Counted from the stretch's first letter, positions 34,101 to 47,784 are shown. The stretch: DNA of 64,000 nucleotides from Selaginella moellendorffii (GCF_000143415.4 NW_003314275.1:1903419-1967418), one strand, 5' to 3'. The notes: generated by a model from the letters alone, not told the origin. Numbers and translations: made by a program.

Positions 34101-36283
34101 AATGGAGTCCGAGATGGACCCGAGATGGAGTCCGAGATGGAGTCCGAGAGGAGTCCGAGATGGACCCGAGATGGAGTCCGAGATGGAGTCCAAGATGGAT
34201 CCGAGATGGAGTCTGAGATGGAGTCCAAGATGGACCCGAGATGGAGTCCGAGATGGAGTCTGAGATGGACCTGAGATGGAGTCCCAGATGGAGTCCCAGA
34301 TGGATCCGAGATGGAGTCCAAGATGGACCCGAGATGGAGTCCAAGATGGACCTGAGATGGAATCCGAGATGGAGTTCGAGAAGGACCCGAGATGGAGTCT
34401 GAAGTCGAGACCGAGACCGGGACCGAGACCGCGACCGAGATCGGGACCGAGACCGAGACCGAGGCCGAGACCGAGCCCGAGTTCGAGTCCGAGTCCGAGT
34501 TCGAGTTTGAGTTCGAGTCTAAGAGGGTGAAAGCCCAAAGCGTTCGTCTCCCAGACCCTGGGGGGTTTGGTGAGCTCCAAAAGTATAGTGAGGGGGAGGA
34601 CTGTAGTGGAGCCAGTTTGGCTAGGAAAGGCCAGTTTGGCCCAGGAAGGCTGTTCCCAAGTGTTGAGTCATGGAAAAACCATTGGGAAGTCCAAAACTAG
34701 AGTGAACACAGATCGACAAGCGGGGTAGCTTGTGTAAGCCACAAATTTTTCCTTTCCAATTTGCCAGCTTACCTCGTCTATCCGTCCAACGCTGCCTTGG
34801 CTTTTGCTAAGTTCCCTCGCCAAGGTTCTCGCCTATGGTACCAGCTCCTACTTGGTTTCAGCTACTCACTGCACGAGCAACGGAGTGTTAGCCATCCTTC
34901 CACGGATTCCCAAATCACTCCCAATCCCCCTCCCCGGGTTAGACTGGACTTAAGGTTCGGCTACACTCCCCGCAAGCACAAGCAGCCAAGCACACCAAGC
35001 TTCCGGGTTCCTAACATCCCTTGGTACCACAAGACTTGATCATGGGACCCTCTAAATCCCAAGTCTTGAGTGCAACACTTGCTTCGGGACACCGGGGCGA
35101 AACACCGTGGCCTAACGACCCGGTATGGGTACCTCTCGCCCCCCACTTCCATCCCGAAGGAAGGCCCAAGCCCCTAGGCAGGGCGAGGACCAATGAGCCG
35201 CATGGTACTCAAGTGGGGCACCACTCCACATGAGCCGGGAGCACCGCAATCGGTTTCCCTTTCGGGAGTGGGAGCTGCTCTTGAGCACTTCCTTGGATGG
35301 CCCCTCCGGCACCAGCCAAGTCCATGCTCACTCCCACCCAAGGCCCCTTGGTTTCAGTCCCAACCTCAAGTCGGTTTGGAAGCCCAACTGGAGAGTCCCT
35401 TCAAAACTGGTTCCTGGACCTCACTATCCCTACTATACTTTTGGAACCCCCTGCAGCCCCCCCCCCCTGGGGGACGCACGCTTTGGGCTTTCACCCCTTG
35501 ACCCGTATTAGTATTTGGACTTAGTCTCTGGCTCGATCTCGGATCCGATTTCGGATCCGACTTCGGATTCGGTCTCGGACTCGATCGCGGACTCGATCTC
35601 GGACCCGATCTCGGGCCCGACCTCGGACTCGACTTCGGACTCGGTCTCGGACCCGATTTCGGATCTCGGACTCCGTCTCGAACTCGGTCTCGAACTCGGA
35701 CTCGAACTCGGTCCCCGAGTCGGTCTTGGACTCGATTCCGGACTCTATCTCGAACTCGGTCCTAGAGTCGGTCTTGGACTCGATCTTTGACTTGGTCCCA
35801 TCCGATGAACTCTTTGTCATTTTGGTCATGCTTTCGGGGTTCCCTTAGCCTACGACACCTCGGCGAGTTGGTTCCTTACAACTCCACCACCCATAGAAGA
35901 AGTTCGATGCCCACATCGAACGTCTCTTTTTTATCCTACGACTTGTTGACCATGTCTCCGGGGGCATCCCCCCACTTAGCGGTGTGCCTAAGTTAGCCTC
36001 CCCGGCCAAGAGCTCATGACAACGGAATATAGGTGTCCCTACACTCCTCCCCTCACCACGCCCTAGTATGGGGTCGGGACTTGAACCCAGCCTTGCTTTA
36101 CTAGGGGGTTGGGACTCGAACCCAACCTCCGTAGAATACGTCTACGGATTCGACATCCCCGCAGGGAGTCGGGCGTAGCTCCCTACGCCTGGTCGACCTA
36201 GCTAACCCATGCTAATTAGCTTACCTTCGGCGCGCCTTCGGGTCCCAATATATGCCATTGCTCAACTTCTCAAATTGATACTT

Positions 36284-39200
36284 TTAATTGAACTTTGCAT
36301 AAGTACATAGAGTTCTGCCATGCAGAAATTCCTCCACTAGATATCGCGCGTTCGCTAGGTTCTCCTCCGGTTCCCATGTTGCTTCGCAGTGTGGAAATCC
36401 TTTCCACTTCACATGGAACTCTCTCACCTCGCGTCCTTGTCGCTTGCTCTTGCGCGCATTGAGGATGGCCTCGACTTCGTATTCCTCCTCCCCTTGGATA
36501 ACCTCAGGTAAAGGTCTTACTTGGTCCTTGCGAAGCGGATCCTCAAAATACGGCTTGAGTAAGTTCACGTGGAACACGGGATGCATCTTCCCCATCTCTC
36601 GAGGAAGTTGGAGACGGTAAGCCACTTTACCGATTCGAGCCTCAATCTCGTAAGGCCCCGCGAACCTGCTTAAGGAACTCAAGATCAATTCATTTACAGG
36701 AATACATGCATTTTTACCTTTGGGTCAACTTCCGGCTGATCCCACTTGGTAGCCTGAGGTTCTTGGTGTTCAGCCACACCTTCTCCCCAGCTTGGAACTC
36801 CACATCTCGACGCTTTTGGTTCGCGTACTTAGTTTGCCTTTGTTGAGCCCGTTCCAAGGAATCCCTCACTAGATTCCAAATGTTGAGTCTTTCCGCCGTG
36901 AATGCCTCCACTGCGGGTAACTCTCCATGATACTCGGCCACGCCGAGTTCCACAGGACCTTCAATAGCTCGCCCATTGATGACTTCCCATGGACTCACCC
37001 CGATGCTCGAATGTGGTGAGTTGTTATAACACATTTCCGCAAGTCCCAAATGACTTACCCAGTCGGTCTGGTCTCCCGAGACATAGCATCGCAAATAATC
37101 CTCCAGCTGCCTATTCACCCTTTCCGTTTGTCCGTCTGTCAAGAAGTGTTAGTGCCATCAATCTTGACTCAATACCCATTACCTGTCTGTGGGTGATAGG
37201 CCGTGCTGAATTTCAACTTGGTGCGATACTGTTCTAGGAGTGTCCTCCAGAACCTACTGGTGAAGATCTTATCTCGATCTGAGATAATCTCTTCCGGCCT
37301 TCCCCGCACTCGAACCACTTGTTCGAAGAACAGCTTCGCCACACCTTCCGCATCCACATCCGTTGTGGTGGGTATGAAATGTGCCATCTTTGAAAATCGG
37401 TCCACCACCACGAATATCGCATCGAACCCCTCGCTTGGGGGTAGTCCCGTGATGAAGTCCATCGTGAGACATTTCCACGGACGATCTGGAATGGGGATGC
37501 TTTGCAACAAGCCCCCACTAGCCTTCGTCACGGCTTTGACCTGCTGACATGTTGGACATGTCTTTACATAGTCTTGGACGTCCTTAGCCATATCTGGCCA
37601 GTGATACTTCCTTTTGAGTAAGCCTATCGTCTTGGGCACTCCGCCGTGTCCCGCGAGAGGTCCGTCATGACACTCTTCCAAGGCTACCTTCCTTAGTTCC
37701 CCTTCTGGAACATACACCCTCGTTTGCTTGTAATATATGAGTCCGTTGCGTTCCGCATAGCCCGTTTTCTCTTCCGTTGGCAGCTCACCTCTCTGGTGAG
37801 CTTCCCGCGCCTCCAGATTCCTTAGCAACACTTCTTGTGCTAGACCATCACTCTCGTATGCGGTCCGCACATCGTCCCAAAAGGTTGCTGTCGCGCTAGA
37901 TATCGCCAACTTCAAGCTCGCTTTTCGACTGAGCGCATCTGCCACGATGTTGCTCTTCCCAGGCTTGTACAGGATCTCGCAATCAAACTCGGCCAAAGCA
38001 TTGGCCCACCGACCTTGTTTTCCCCTTAGGTCGGGCTGTGACAAGAAGTGTTTCGTTGCCACATTGTCCGTATAAACCTTGAAGTGTCTCCCAAGGTAGT
38101 GTCGCCACTCCTTGAGCGCCTTGACCACCGCAAACAATTCCTTCTCGTGGGCAGGCCACTTCCGTTGAGCCTTGTCCAGCTTCTTCGAGAAGAACGCTAC
38201 TGGATGGTTGTCTTGCTTCAAAACTGCGCCCAACGCAAAGTCCGAAGCATCCGTGTCTACCTCAAAGTCCTTACCAAAGTCTGGTAATGCCAACACCGGA
38301 GCCTTCCTCAACTTCCCTTTGAGGTGGACGAATGCCGCCTCGCATTCCGCTGTCCATACCATCTTCCCTTTTCCTGTTTGGTCCGTTAAGGGCAGGGCTA
38401 CTCTCGAATAGTGTCTGATAAACTTTCGATAGTAGTTGCATAGCCCCAGGAACGCCCTCAACTCATGTACATTCGATGGTCGTTCCCATTCCTGGATCGC
38501 TTGGACCTTCTCCGGGTCCACCTTGAGCCCGTCCTGGCCCACCACATGCCCGAGAAACTTTACCTCTTGTTGAGCAAAGTCACATTTGCTCTCTTTAGCA
38601 TACAGTTTGTGTTCCCTTAGTTTCTCAAACACCTTCGCCAAGTGTTCGGCATGCTCCTCTAGCGTCTCGCTATAGATCAGGATGTCGTCAATATAGACGA
38701 CCACGAAGCGATCCAGATAGGGTACAAAGATGTGGTTCATCAACGCCGAAAACGTTGCCGGCGCATTGCACAGCCCAAAGGGCATCACCAAAAACTCAAA
38801 GCTCCCATACCTCGTTCGACAGGTTGTCTTCTCGACATCTTCCTCAGCTACCCTGATCTGGTAGTATCCTGACCTTAGGTCAATCCTCGAGAAGTATTTT
38901 GCCTTTCCCAACCTATCGAACAGGTCCTCGATCCTTGGCAAAGGGTACTTGTTCTTCTTGGTATACTTGTTGAGCAACCGGTAGTCTATGCACATGCGCA
39001 TAGATCCATCTTTCTTTTTCACAAATAGCACCGGCGCCCCATACGGCGACTTGCTCAACCGAACATACCCTTTGTCCACCAACTCCTCTAGTTGGCTCTT
39101 GAGCTCCTTGAGTTCTTTTTCGTTCAATCGATAGGGTGGACGAACCACCACCTCAGCACCCTCGACCAGCTCAATTTTATGTTCTATCGGTCGTGCGGGG

Positions 39201-41056
39201 GGCAACCCCGCCGGTAGCTCCTCTGGCATGGTATCCTGGAATTGGTCCAGCACCTGCTGGATCACTAAAGGTACTTCTTCCGTTCTTGTCTTTTTGTCAC
39301 TCTTCACCGAGAGTAAGCACAAAAAGGCTGCCTTAGTTCCTTTAGTGAGTTGTCCTCTCGTGGACACCAGGTTTAAGCATGACTCTTTGGCCTTGCTTTG
39401 CCCTACCTTTAGATCTTGGGCCTCCACCCTAGATCTTCTTCCTTGGGCATTCGCCAATACCACAAGGTTCCTACCTTGTCCATGCAGGGCTACCACGAAC
39501 CGATTAAACCAATCCATTCCGAAGATCACGTCAAATCCCGCCATGTCCAAGACGGTGAAATCCATGTCCACTTTCCATGTCCCCACTTCGACTCTCGCTT
39601 GTCGAAGTACCTCATCGGTGCTTTGGCTACCTTGAACAAACTCTATAGTCCTTGGTTCGCCTAGCCGCTGCACCGTTAGTCCGGCTTGCCGGACTATGTC
39701 TGCAGCCACAAAATTATCCGAAGCACCCGTGTCAATAAGGATCTTAACAAAGCTACCTCCGAGCTTCCCTCGGAGGGCTAGTAGATGTCGCGAACGACTC
39801 TCTACCAAAGTTGCTCGTGTAATGAGTAACTTTGAGTTAGGGACTGGATCACATACCTCAGTTTGGACTTCACCCGACTTGATGGCCATATTGGCTCTGG
39901 CCTTCTTCGGGTAGGGACATTCCCTCGAGAAGTGTCCCGCTTCGCCGCAGTTGTAGCATACGTTGTTTCCCACGCTGCTATACGACTTGACCTTCTTATC
40001 CGTGGGTTTGTCTTTTTTCGCTTGACTCCCCCACGTACTCGCTCGCTGGCCACCGGATTTGCCTTTCCGGAACCCCGAGGACTCATTCTTAGAGAAACTC
40101 TTCTTGAATTTCCCCTTGCTATATGTTCCCCTCGGTTTGGCCCCTTTGTGAAACGTGGATCCCGACCCCGTCGTGTTTCCCTTTCGCAGATTATCGTTGA
40201 AATGCACCTTGATGGCCGCATCCAACGCTTCCTTGTAGTTGGTCGGGTTCCAGTGCATCACCTCACCGCGAGCCCAGGTTTGCAAACCTGATATAAAAGC
40301 ATGGAACGCATCCATATCCCCCATGTCCGTGACAAGTATCCTCTTTGCCATGAACCCATTCACATATTCCTGGATGGTTCCAGTTTGCTTCAGCCTACTC
40401 AACTCATCTCTCAGATGCAGAGTGGCATTCGGAGGAACGTATGTCGCGCGGATCCTCGCCTTCATCATGTCCCAGGTGGCCACCGGTCCTTCGTTGGCCT
40501 CCGTTGTTCTCCACCAAGACTTGGCATTATCTGCCAAGTATGGTTTTGCACATGGGACCTTCTCCGAGCTCGGTAACCGCAACGCTCGGAAGTAGTCCTC
40601 CATATCGTAAAACCAATCCTCCACAACCTTATAGTCGTTCACTCCCTTGAACACCGGTGGGGGCTTTGGTTTGTACTTGGGAACTGCCTGAGGGACTGAT
40701 TCCACTTCGGTCTGTTCGACCTTGTCTGGTTTTGCCTCAGTCCCTACCGAAGGGTCCGCACCTTCTGCGCTGCCAGCATCCGCAGTCTTTCGCTTTTTCT
40801 TCCGCTTCTCGTCACGCTTTAACTTGCGTACGAGAGTCTCCAGCAGGGCATTGGTCTGTGCCAACTGTCCTTCTAGCACGTCCAATCGAGCCTTGGACGA
40901 CCGAACCTCGCCACCGGACTCTTGTTTGGAAGTTTCCTCACTGGAGTCCTCCTCATGCAAGGATTCCTCATCCATAGCCTCTTGTTCAACCGGAGGCTCC
41001 AGCTCCGGCGGAGGTTCCGTCTCCGCCTGGGTTCGCTTACGCCCTGCCCTTGCCAT
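36284..41056 (-). CDS. Gag-Pol polyprotein (Gag, zinc knuckle, protease, RT, RNase H, integrase, chromodomain), 1557 aa after splicing: join(41056-37183, 37135-36718, 36665-36284)
   Basis: [15 protein letters not shown]; DTGAS; YIDD; [11 protein letters not shown]; HHCC; TMDF/ISDRD/QTERVN; KLTQRFAGPY; chromodomain YEVEAIL..VKWKGF..ATWEP. Exon lengths 3874+418+382 = 4674 nt. Confidence 0.9.
36666..36717 (-). other. 52-bp spliceosomal intron 2 in the integrase GPY/F region (KLTQR^FAGPY)
   Basis: GTAAAA...TTAAGCAG. Removal restores [12 protein letters not shown]. Present in A2 at 61263-61313 (51 bp). Confidence 0.85.
37136..37182 (-). other. 47-bp spliceosomal intron 1 in integrase (HPQT^DGQTE)
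   Basis: GTAATG...CACTAAC (branch)...TTCTTGACAG. Removal restores [16 protein letters not shown]. Present at the same position in copy A2 (60798-60844). Confidence 0.88.
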
Positions 41057-43047
41057 CTCCCAGCAATCCGCCTCTATCCTTCGCTAGAACTGAGATAAAG
41101 GCTCCGATACCAAATTGTAAGCCACAAATTTTTCCTTTCCAATTTGCCAGCTTACCTCGTCTATCCGTCCAACGCTGCCTTGGCTTTTGCTAAGTTCCCT
41201 CGCCAAGGTTCTCGCCTATGGTACCAGCTCCTACTTGGTTTCAGCTACTCACTGCACGAGCAACGGAGTGTTAGCCATCCTTCCACGGATTCCCAAATCA
41301 CTCCCAATCCCCCTCCCCGGGTTAGACTGGACTTAAGGTTCGGCTACACTCCCCGCAAGCACAAGCAGCCAAGCACACCAAGCTTCCGGGTTCCTAACAT
41401 CCCTTGGTACCACAAGACTTGATCATGGGACCCTCTAAATCCCAAGTCTTGAGTGCAACACTTGCTTCGGGACACCGGGGCGAAACACCGTGGCCTAACG
41501 ACCCGGTATGGGTACCTCTCGCCCCCCACTTCCATCCCGAAGGAAGGCCCAAGCCCCTAGGCAGGGCGAGGACCAATGAGCCGCATGGTACTCAAGTGGG
41601 GCACCACTCCACATGAGCCGGGAGCACCGCAATCGGTTTCCCTTTTGGGAGTGGGAGCTGCTCTTGAGCACTTCCTTGGATGGCCCCTCCGGCACCAGCC
41701 AAGTCCATGCTCACTCCCACCCAAGGCCCCTTGGTCCCAATCCCAACCTCAAGTCGGTTTGGAAGCCCAACTGGAGAGTCCCTTCAAAACTGGTTCCTGG
41801 ACCTCACTATCCCTACTATACTTTTGGAACCCCCTGCAGCCCCCCCCCCCTGGGGGACGCACGCTTTGGGCTTTCACCCCTTGACCCGTATTAGTATTTG
41901 GACTTAGTCTCTGGCTCGATCTCGGATCCGATTTCGGATCCGACTTCGGATTCGGTCTCGGACTCGATCGCGGACTCGATCTCGGACCCGATCTCGGGCC
42001 CGACCTCGGACTCGACTTCGGACTCGGTCTCGGACCCGATTTCGGATCTCGGACTCCGTCTCGAACTCGGTCTCGAACTCGGACTCGAACTCGGTCCCCG
42101 AGTCGGTCTCGGACTCGATTCCGGACTCGATCTCGAACTCGGTCCTAGAGTCGGTCTTGGACTCGATCTTTGACTTGGTCCCATCCGATGAACTCTTTGT
42201 CATTTTGGTCATGCTTTCGGGGTTCCCTTAGCCTACGACACCTCGGCGAGTTGGTTCCTTACAGCTTGGTGAAGTGTTCAAAAGCAGGCTCTAGTTCCCC
42301 TGGGTGATCGACTGGCCGATGCTCCCAGTCCAAGTGTGGGTGGCACTACCTACTTGGATACCTAGTGTGGCTCAACTGAACCTTGCTCTAAGCCCATGGC
42401 TAGAGCACCCAAAGGCAGAAGGCGAGGAGAGTACCCACGAGGCTCGTGTAGGGCCATGGTGTTCCGAAATGTTGCCCCAAAGTCCCAAACTATGGAAAGG
42501 AAGAGGAGTAGCCCTCTGGTGTGGTGACCAAAGACACAGTCACACAGTGAGGAAGTCCCAAAGGACAGTTAGACTTAGTGGTCAGGCCTGTGAGCCTTGA
42601 TCCAATGGCGAACACGGCCATGGACAAAAAGGGACTTGGTGGGGACCGGAAAGGAGATATTGGGGAAGGCTATTCCCCATGTCTACAGGCATCCTGAGGA
42701 TGCTATGGAGTGGATCTAGGATAACCACTCATGGATGGATGGCCTAGTCTTTGAGAGATAGGATTGTGATGTAGGTGGTGTTAGACCACCGGTGTGACCA
42801 AGGTGAATGAGCATGGCCTTAGTGTAATTGGCTGATATGTCAGTGGTACCTTGGGGTGTCGGTCATGGGATCGGACACGTGGAGCACTTGGACCAAGTGC
42901 AAAGGTTGAGTGGCATGGATGCCATTCTTGGGGCTAGCAAGCCTCGAGTCCTGAATTGGGCTTATGGAGGTTGTGAATGAGACTCCTCTAAGTGGTCAAA
43001 TGTGTGGTTAAGTGACTAAAGTAGAATGGAAAATTTAGTCGCTTACA

Positions 43048-43218
43048 ACATGGAGCACTTGGACCAAGTGCAAAGGTTAAGTGACATGGATACCATTTTC
43101 GGGGTTAACAAGCCCCAAGTCCTGAATTAGACTTATGGAGGTTGTGAGTGAGATTCCTCTTGGTGGTCAAAGAGGTGGTTAAGTGACTAAAGTAGAATGG
43201 AAAACTTAATCGCTTACA
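43048..43218 (+). mobile_element. 3' fragment of another family-C LTR (host of C2)
   Basis: Second ...AGTAGAATGGAAAA..TCGCTTACA LTR end, abutting gag of A3. Confidence 0.7.
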
Positions 43219-46200
43219 ATTCCCTCGAAAAGTGTCCCACTTCACCACAGTTGTAGCATATATTGTTTCCCACGCGGTTAGAAATTTTGACCTTTTTATC
43301 CATGGGTTTGTCTCTTTTTGCTTGACTCCCCCACATACTTGCTCGCTGGCCACCGAATCTGCCTTTCCGGAACCTCGAGGACTCATTTTTAGATAAACTC
43401 TTCTTGAATTTCCCTTTGTTATATGTTCCCCTTGGTTTGGCCCCTTTGCTAAATGTGGACCCTGACCCCATCGTGTTCCCCTTTCGCAGGTTATCATTGA
43501 AATGCACCTTGATAGCCGCATCCAACGCTTCCTTGTAGTTGGTCGGGTTCCAACGCATCACCTCGCCGCGAGCCCACGTTTGCAAGCCTGATATGAAGGC
43601 ATGGAATGCATCCATATCACCCATATCCGTGACAAGTATCCTCTTTAGCATAAACAAATTCACATACTCTTGAATTGTTCTTGTCTACTTCAGCCTACTC
43701 AACTCATCCCTTACATGTAGAGTAGCATTCGGAGGTACGTAAGTCACATAGGTCCTTGCCTTCATCATTTCTCAAGTGGCCACCGATCCTTCGTTGGCCT
43801 CTGTCGTTCTCCACCAAGACTTGGCATTATCTACCAAATATGGTTTTGCACATGGGACCTTCTCCGAGCTCGGTAACCGCAACGCTCGGAAGTAATCCTC
43901 CATATCGTAAAACCAATCCTCTACCACCTTATAGTCATTCACTCCCTTGAAGACCGGTGGGGGCTTTGGTTTGTACTTGGAAACTGCTTGAGGGACTAAT
44001 TCCACTTCGGTCTGTTCGACCTTGTTTGGTTCTGCCTTAGTCTTTGCCGAAAAGTCCGCACCTTCTGCGCTGCCAACATCCACAATCTTTTGCCTTTTCT
44101 TCCACTTCTTGTCATGCTTTAGCTTGCGTACGAGAGTCTCTAGTAGGGCATTGGTCTGTGCCAATTGTCCTTCTAGAACATCCAATTGAGCCTTGGATGA
44201 CCGAACCTCGCCACCAGACTCCTGTTTGGAAGTTTCCTCACTGGAGTCTTCCTCATGCAAGGATTCCTTATCCAAAGCCTCTGGTTCGACTAGAGGCTCC
44301 AGCTCTAGAGGAGGTTCTAACTTCACCTTGGTTCATTTACGCCTTGCCTTTGCCATCTCCCAGCAATGCGCCTCTATCAGGAAAAGGTTCTGATACCAAA
44401 TTGTAAGCCACAAATTTTTCATTTTCAATTTGCCAGCTTACCTCGTCTATCCGACCAACATTGCCTTGGCTTTAGCTAAGTTCCCTCGCCAAGGTTCCTG
44501 CCTATTGTACTAACTCCTACTTGGTCCTACTTGGGTTCAGCTACTCACTGCACGAGCAGCAGAGCATTAGCCATTCATTCACAGATTCCCAAATCTCTCC
44601 CAATCCCCCTCCCCGTGTTAGACTAGACTTAAGGTTTGGCTACACCGGCTACACTCCCTGCAGGCACAAGCAGCCAAACACACCAAGCCTCCAGGTTCCT
44701 GACATCCCTTGGTACTACAAGACTTGATCATGGGACCCTCTAAATCCCAAGCCTTGGGTGCAACACTTGCTTCGGGACGCCGGGGTGAAACACCGTGGCC
44801 TAACGACCAATACGGGTACCTCTACCCCCCCCCACTTCCATCCTGAAGGGAAGGCCCAAGCCCTACTATACTTTTGGAACCCCTTGCAGCCCCCCCCCCC
44901 CGGACATACACTTTGGGCTTTCACCCCACGACCTGTATTAGTAGTCGAACTCGGTCTTGGACTCGATCTCGGACTCTACTTCGGACTCGGTCTCGGACCC
45001 AATCTCAGACTCGATCTCGGACCCAACCTCGAACTCTGTCTCGGACTTGATCTCGGACTCGGTCTCGGTGTCGCAAATGTGACTTCGGGTATCGAAAGTT
45101 ACCTGTCGGTTAGTTCTTTCGGATATTCTTTTCTTACTGCCACGATGGCAGGAGGTCGGTATTGTTGGACTCATTATCAGTTTCCCACTTGGGCTAGTTG
45201 AGAAACTGGTCAATGACGGTGCACTTAAATTGGATAAACATAAGGTAACAACCCTATGTGTTTCTTGCTGAGCATACTCGGCCTGGTTTGAGAAACTTGA
45301 GTCATTGGCTTGCACTTGCTAGTATCAAGAACCCTTGCGATGTTGAGATTGGTCCTATAATATTCGCTAGATGATAGCTTACCATGTCTGCCAAACACCC
45401 TTGCTATCATACCCTTTGTGTTAGTCTTATTTTGGTTCCAAATGCTATTTATGGAAAGTGTCTAGATTCACTTATTTAGCATATCTACGGAATGTAGAGA
45501 TCGGCCTGAACACAATGGTGTTCGTCCCATGTCCAAATTCACAATCTAGCGCCATTCCATATTTAGTAAGTTTCGAGCTTGTCGCAGAGACTAACTCCTA
45601 ATACTAAGGGAGGCTTGGGGTGAAAGCCCAAAGCGTGTGTTTCTTAAGGGGGGGGGGGGGCTGTGGGGGGTTCCAAATGTATAGTAGGGATAGTAGGTAG
45701 GTCGGGCATGGCCAACCAACCTGAGGCATAATGTAGCTCCCGCTTGCGTGCCTGTTCTTGTTCTGCGTCTGGTTTGGGTCTAAGCCCAAGCTCCACACCA
45801 TGCTAGCTGGTGGAGTACCCATGTCCTCGTGTTAGGCCACCCGTATGCTGAAATAGCGCCAAACTCCGTTTGGCTCCATTTTGCATGTTGGTCCTGGCAT
45901 TAGGATGCTGGTTGCTCTAGAACTGTTGCAAATTGCTTCGGGCTCCTGTCCCTTCGCTCCTTGGGCTGTGTGCTCGGGAGTTGCTCCGTGGACCGATTCC
46001 ATCACTCCTTGGCTCCATGCTTGGGAGTTTGGCACCGTTCATTCGTTCAGTGGCTCAAGGCCCTGAACCTCAGGTTCCGCACCATTGTCCTTTGGACACA
46101 TGGCATATGACACGTGGCATGTGTCACGTGGCATAAAGAGGGTTTAGGTTCCGCTTCGTGGTGTTATCCTATGGTAAATCACCATAGGATAAAGGGTCAA

Positions 46201-46451
46201 AACCACGTGCGCTACACTTGGTCTTGGTCTCGGACCCGATATTGGATCTCAGACTCGGTCTCGGACTCGGTCTCGAACTCGAAGTCAGAGTTGGTCTTGG
46301 ACTCGATCTCGGACTCGGTCTCGAACTCGGTCTTTGAGTCGGTCTCGAGCTCGATCCCAGACCTGGTCTCATCCAATGAACTCTTTATCATTTTGGTCGT
46401 GCTTTCAGGGATCCTTTAGCCTTCGACACTTCGGGGAGTTGGTTCCTTATA
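43219..46451 (-). mobile_element. Decayed chromovirus A3: 5' LTR 44402-46451 (split by a solo B LTR), PBS 44387-44398, gag pseudogene truncated in the zinc knuckle
   Basis: ORFs 43772-44326 and 43214-43663 are homologous to A1 Gag; the LTR matches the A1 LTR. Confidence 0.85.
45069..46216 (+). mobile_element. Solo LTR of family B
   Basis: TGTCGC...GCTACA, homologous to 2761-3890; TSD CTCGG/CTTGG (one CpG transition). Confidence 0.88.
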
Positions 46452-47784
46452 GGGTGGACACCCCCTAAATTTGGCAAAGTATAGCCTTTGCTATGGAACT
46501 AAATAGATACCTTGAGGATGAAGGTAGTGATTCTATATTACTTGGTGCAACGATCAAAGGATAAGAGCAAAAAATTAATGGCCAAAAATGGGACATGAAA
46601 ATCATTGAAAGGAATCTAAATAGCAATGTTAGGTAATGAACACTCCTGTGTTGGGTGGTAATAAATTGTGGGAAAGGAAATGTGTTTCCAAGGATGGATT
46701 CCCAAATGCTCTAATTTTGCAAAGGTGAAAGCTTCAAATGAGAGAGCGACAAGGTAGCCAAATGATAGGGTCATGAAAATCCCTAATACAAATTATGGAT
46801 AAATAGAACTTAGTGCCTAGAGTAACACGAAATAGAAAAAAGGATGATGGTGTCCTCAAAAGAATTCATAAGATGGGGAAGTGGAGCTTGCACAACATGT
46901 GCAATACAAGATGTCGGAGACACCCAAAAAATTGACTTTGAGAAGTCGAAAATAAAAGTTCCAAAGTGTGATAGTTATGTTGATGGAAGTTGAAACTACT
47001 CGGGAATGAATAATTGGATTGAGATAAAAAAGGTGTGGTTTAGCAAGAACTAAACCGAATAAAGGGAGAGAACCACCACAAGTGGTCTAATGGGTCTCTC
47101 AGTTGGAAAGACTATGCTTCTTAGAGGATAGGTAAGGCATGGCAAGCCTTTGGTGTCAAACCATTGACGAATATTGGTTGGGTGCCAAGGATGAAAATGG
47201 TAATCCATGATTAGATTACTTTATAAAATGGTTTATTATTCAATGAGGACATCAAACTTCGCTTATGGGTGGTGGACTTGTGAGACACAAAATCCCTAGG
47301 CCCTAAAGTGGAGCCGAAAGGGTGCCACGTGGTAGTGACCGAGGCAAAAGCCAAATGAGCGTAACACATTTAGACTAAAAGCTCCGACTTGAAAAGTCGA
47401 GAGTGGGAGTGGAACTCCCAACGAAGTGCTCGAGGTAAGTGAGTCTCTAAAAAAAAAAGGATACAAGAGGACCAATACATGACACGTGGATGTGTCTGAG
47501 ATGGAGTCTGAGAAGGAGTCTAAGATAGACCTAAGATGGAGTCCAAGATGGAATCTAAAATGGAGTCTAAACTAGAGTCTAAGATGGACCCAAGATGGAG
47601 TCTGAGATGGACCTGAGATGGAGTTTGAGATGAATCCGAGATGGACCCGAGATGGAATCCGAGATGGAACCAAGATTAAGACTGAGACCAAGATCGAGAC
47701 CAAGACCGAGTCCGAGTCTAAGACCGAGTCCAAGTCCGAGTCTGAGTCCGAATACTAATACAGGTTATTGGGTGAAAGCCCAAA
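46452..47784 (+). mobile_element. Old family-C element C3: internal remnant and start of the 3' LTR (from 47279)
   Basis: Matches about 25180-26007 and the family-C LTR start; cut by transposon copy 2. Confidence 0.75.

Larger units (their letters stand above)
34733..42263 (-). mobile_element. Intact young Ty3/gypsy chromovirus A1 (3' LTR 34733-35880, 5' LTR 41116-42263)
   Basis: Two 1148-bp TG..CA LTRs with about six substitutions seen by eye; perfect TSD GCTTG (34728-34732, 42264-42268); PBS TGGTATCGGAGC at 41101-41112; PPT at 35881-35892. Confidence 0.97.
31177..43047 (+). mobile_element. Family-C element C2, 3' portion (diverged internal region 31177-33826; 3' LTR 33827-43047 interrupted by chromovirus A1)
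   Basis: Internal region matches from about 8669 onward, with an internal deletion. PPT precedes 33827. The LTR halves rejoin across the GCTTG TSD and end in GTCGCTTACA at 43047. Confidence 0.8.

Noticed and set aside
36260-36320. A further intron at the end of the chromodomain (GCAGAA in A1, GTAGAA in A2)
   Set aside because: The donor is not conserved as GT, there is no clear acceptor, and the protein is complete without it.
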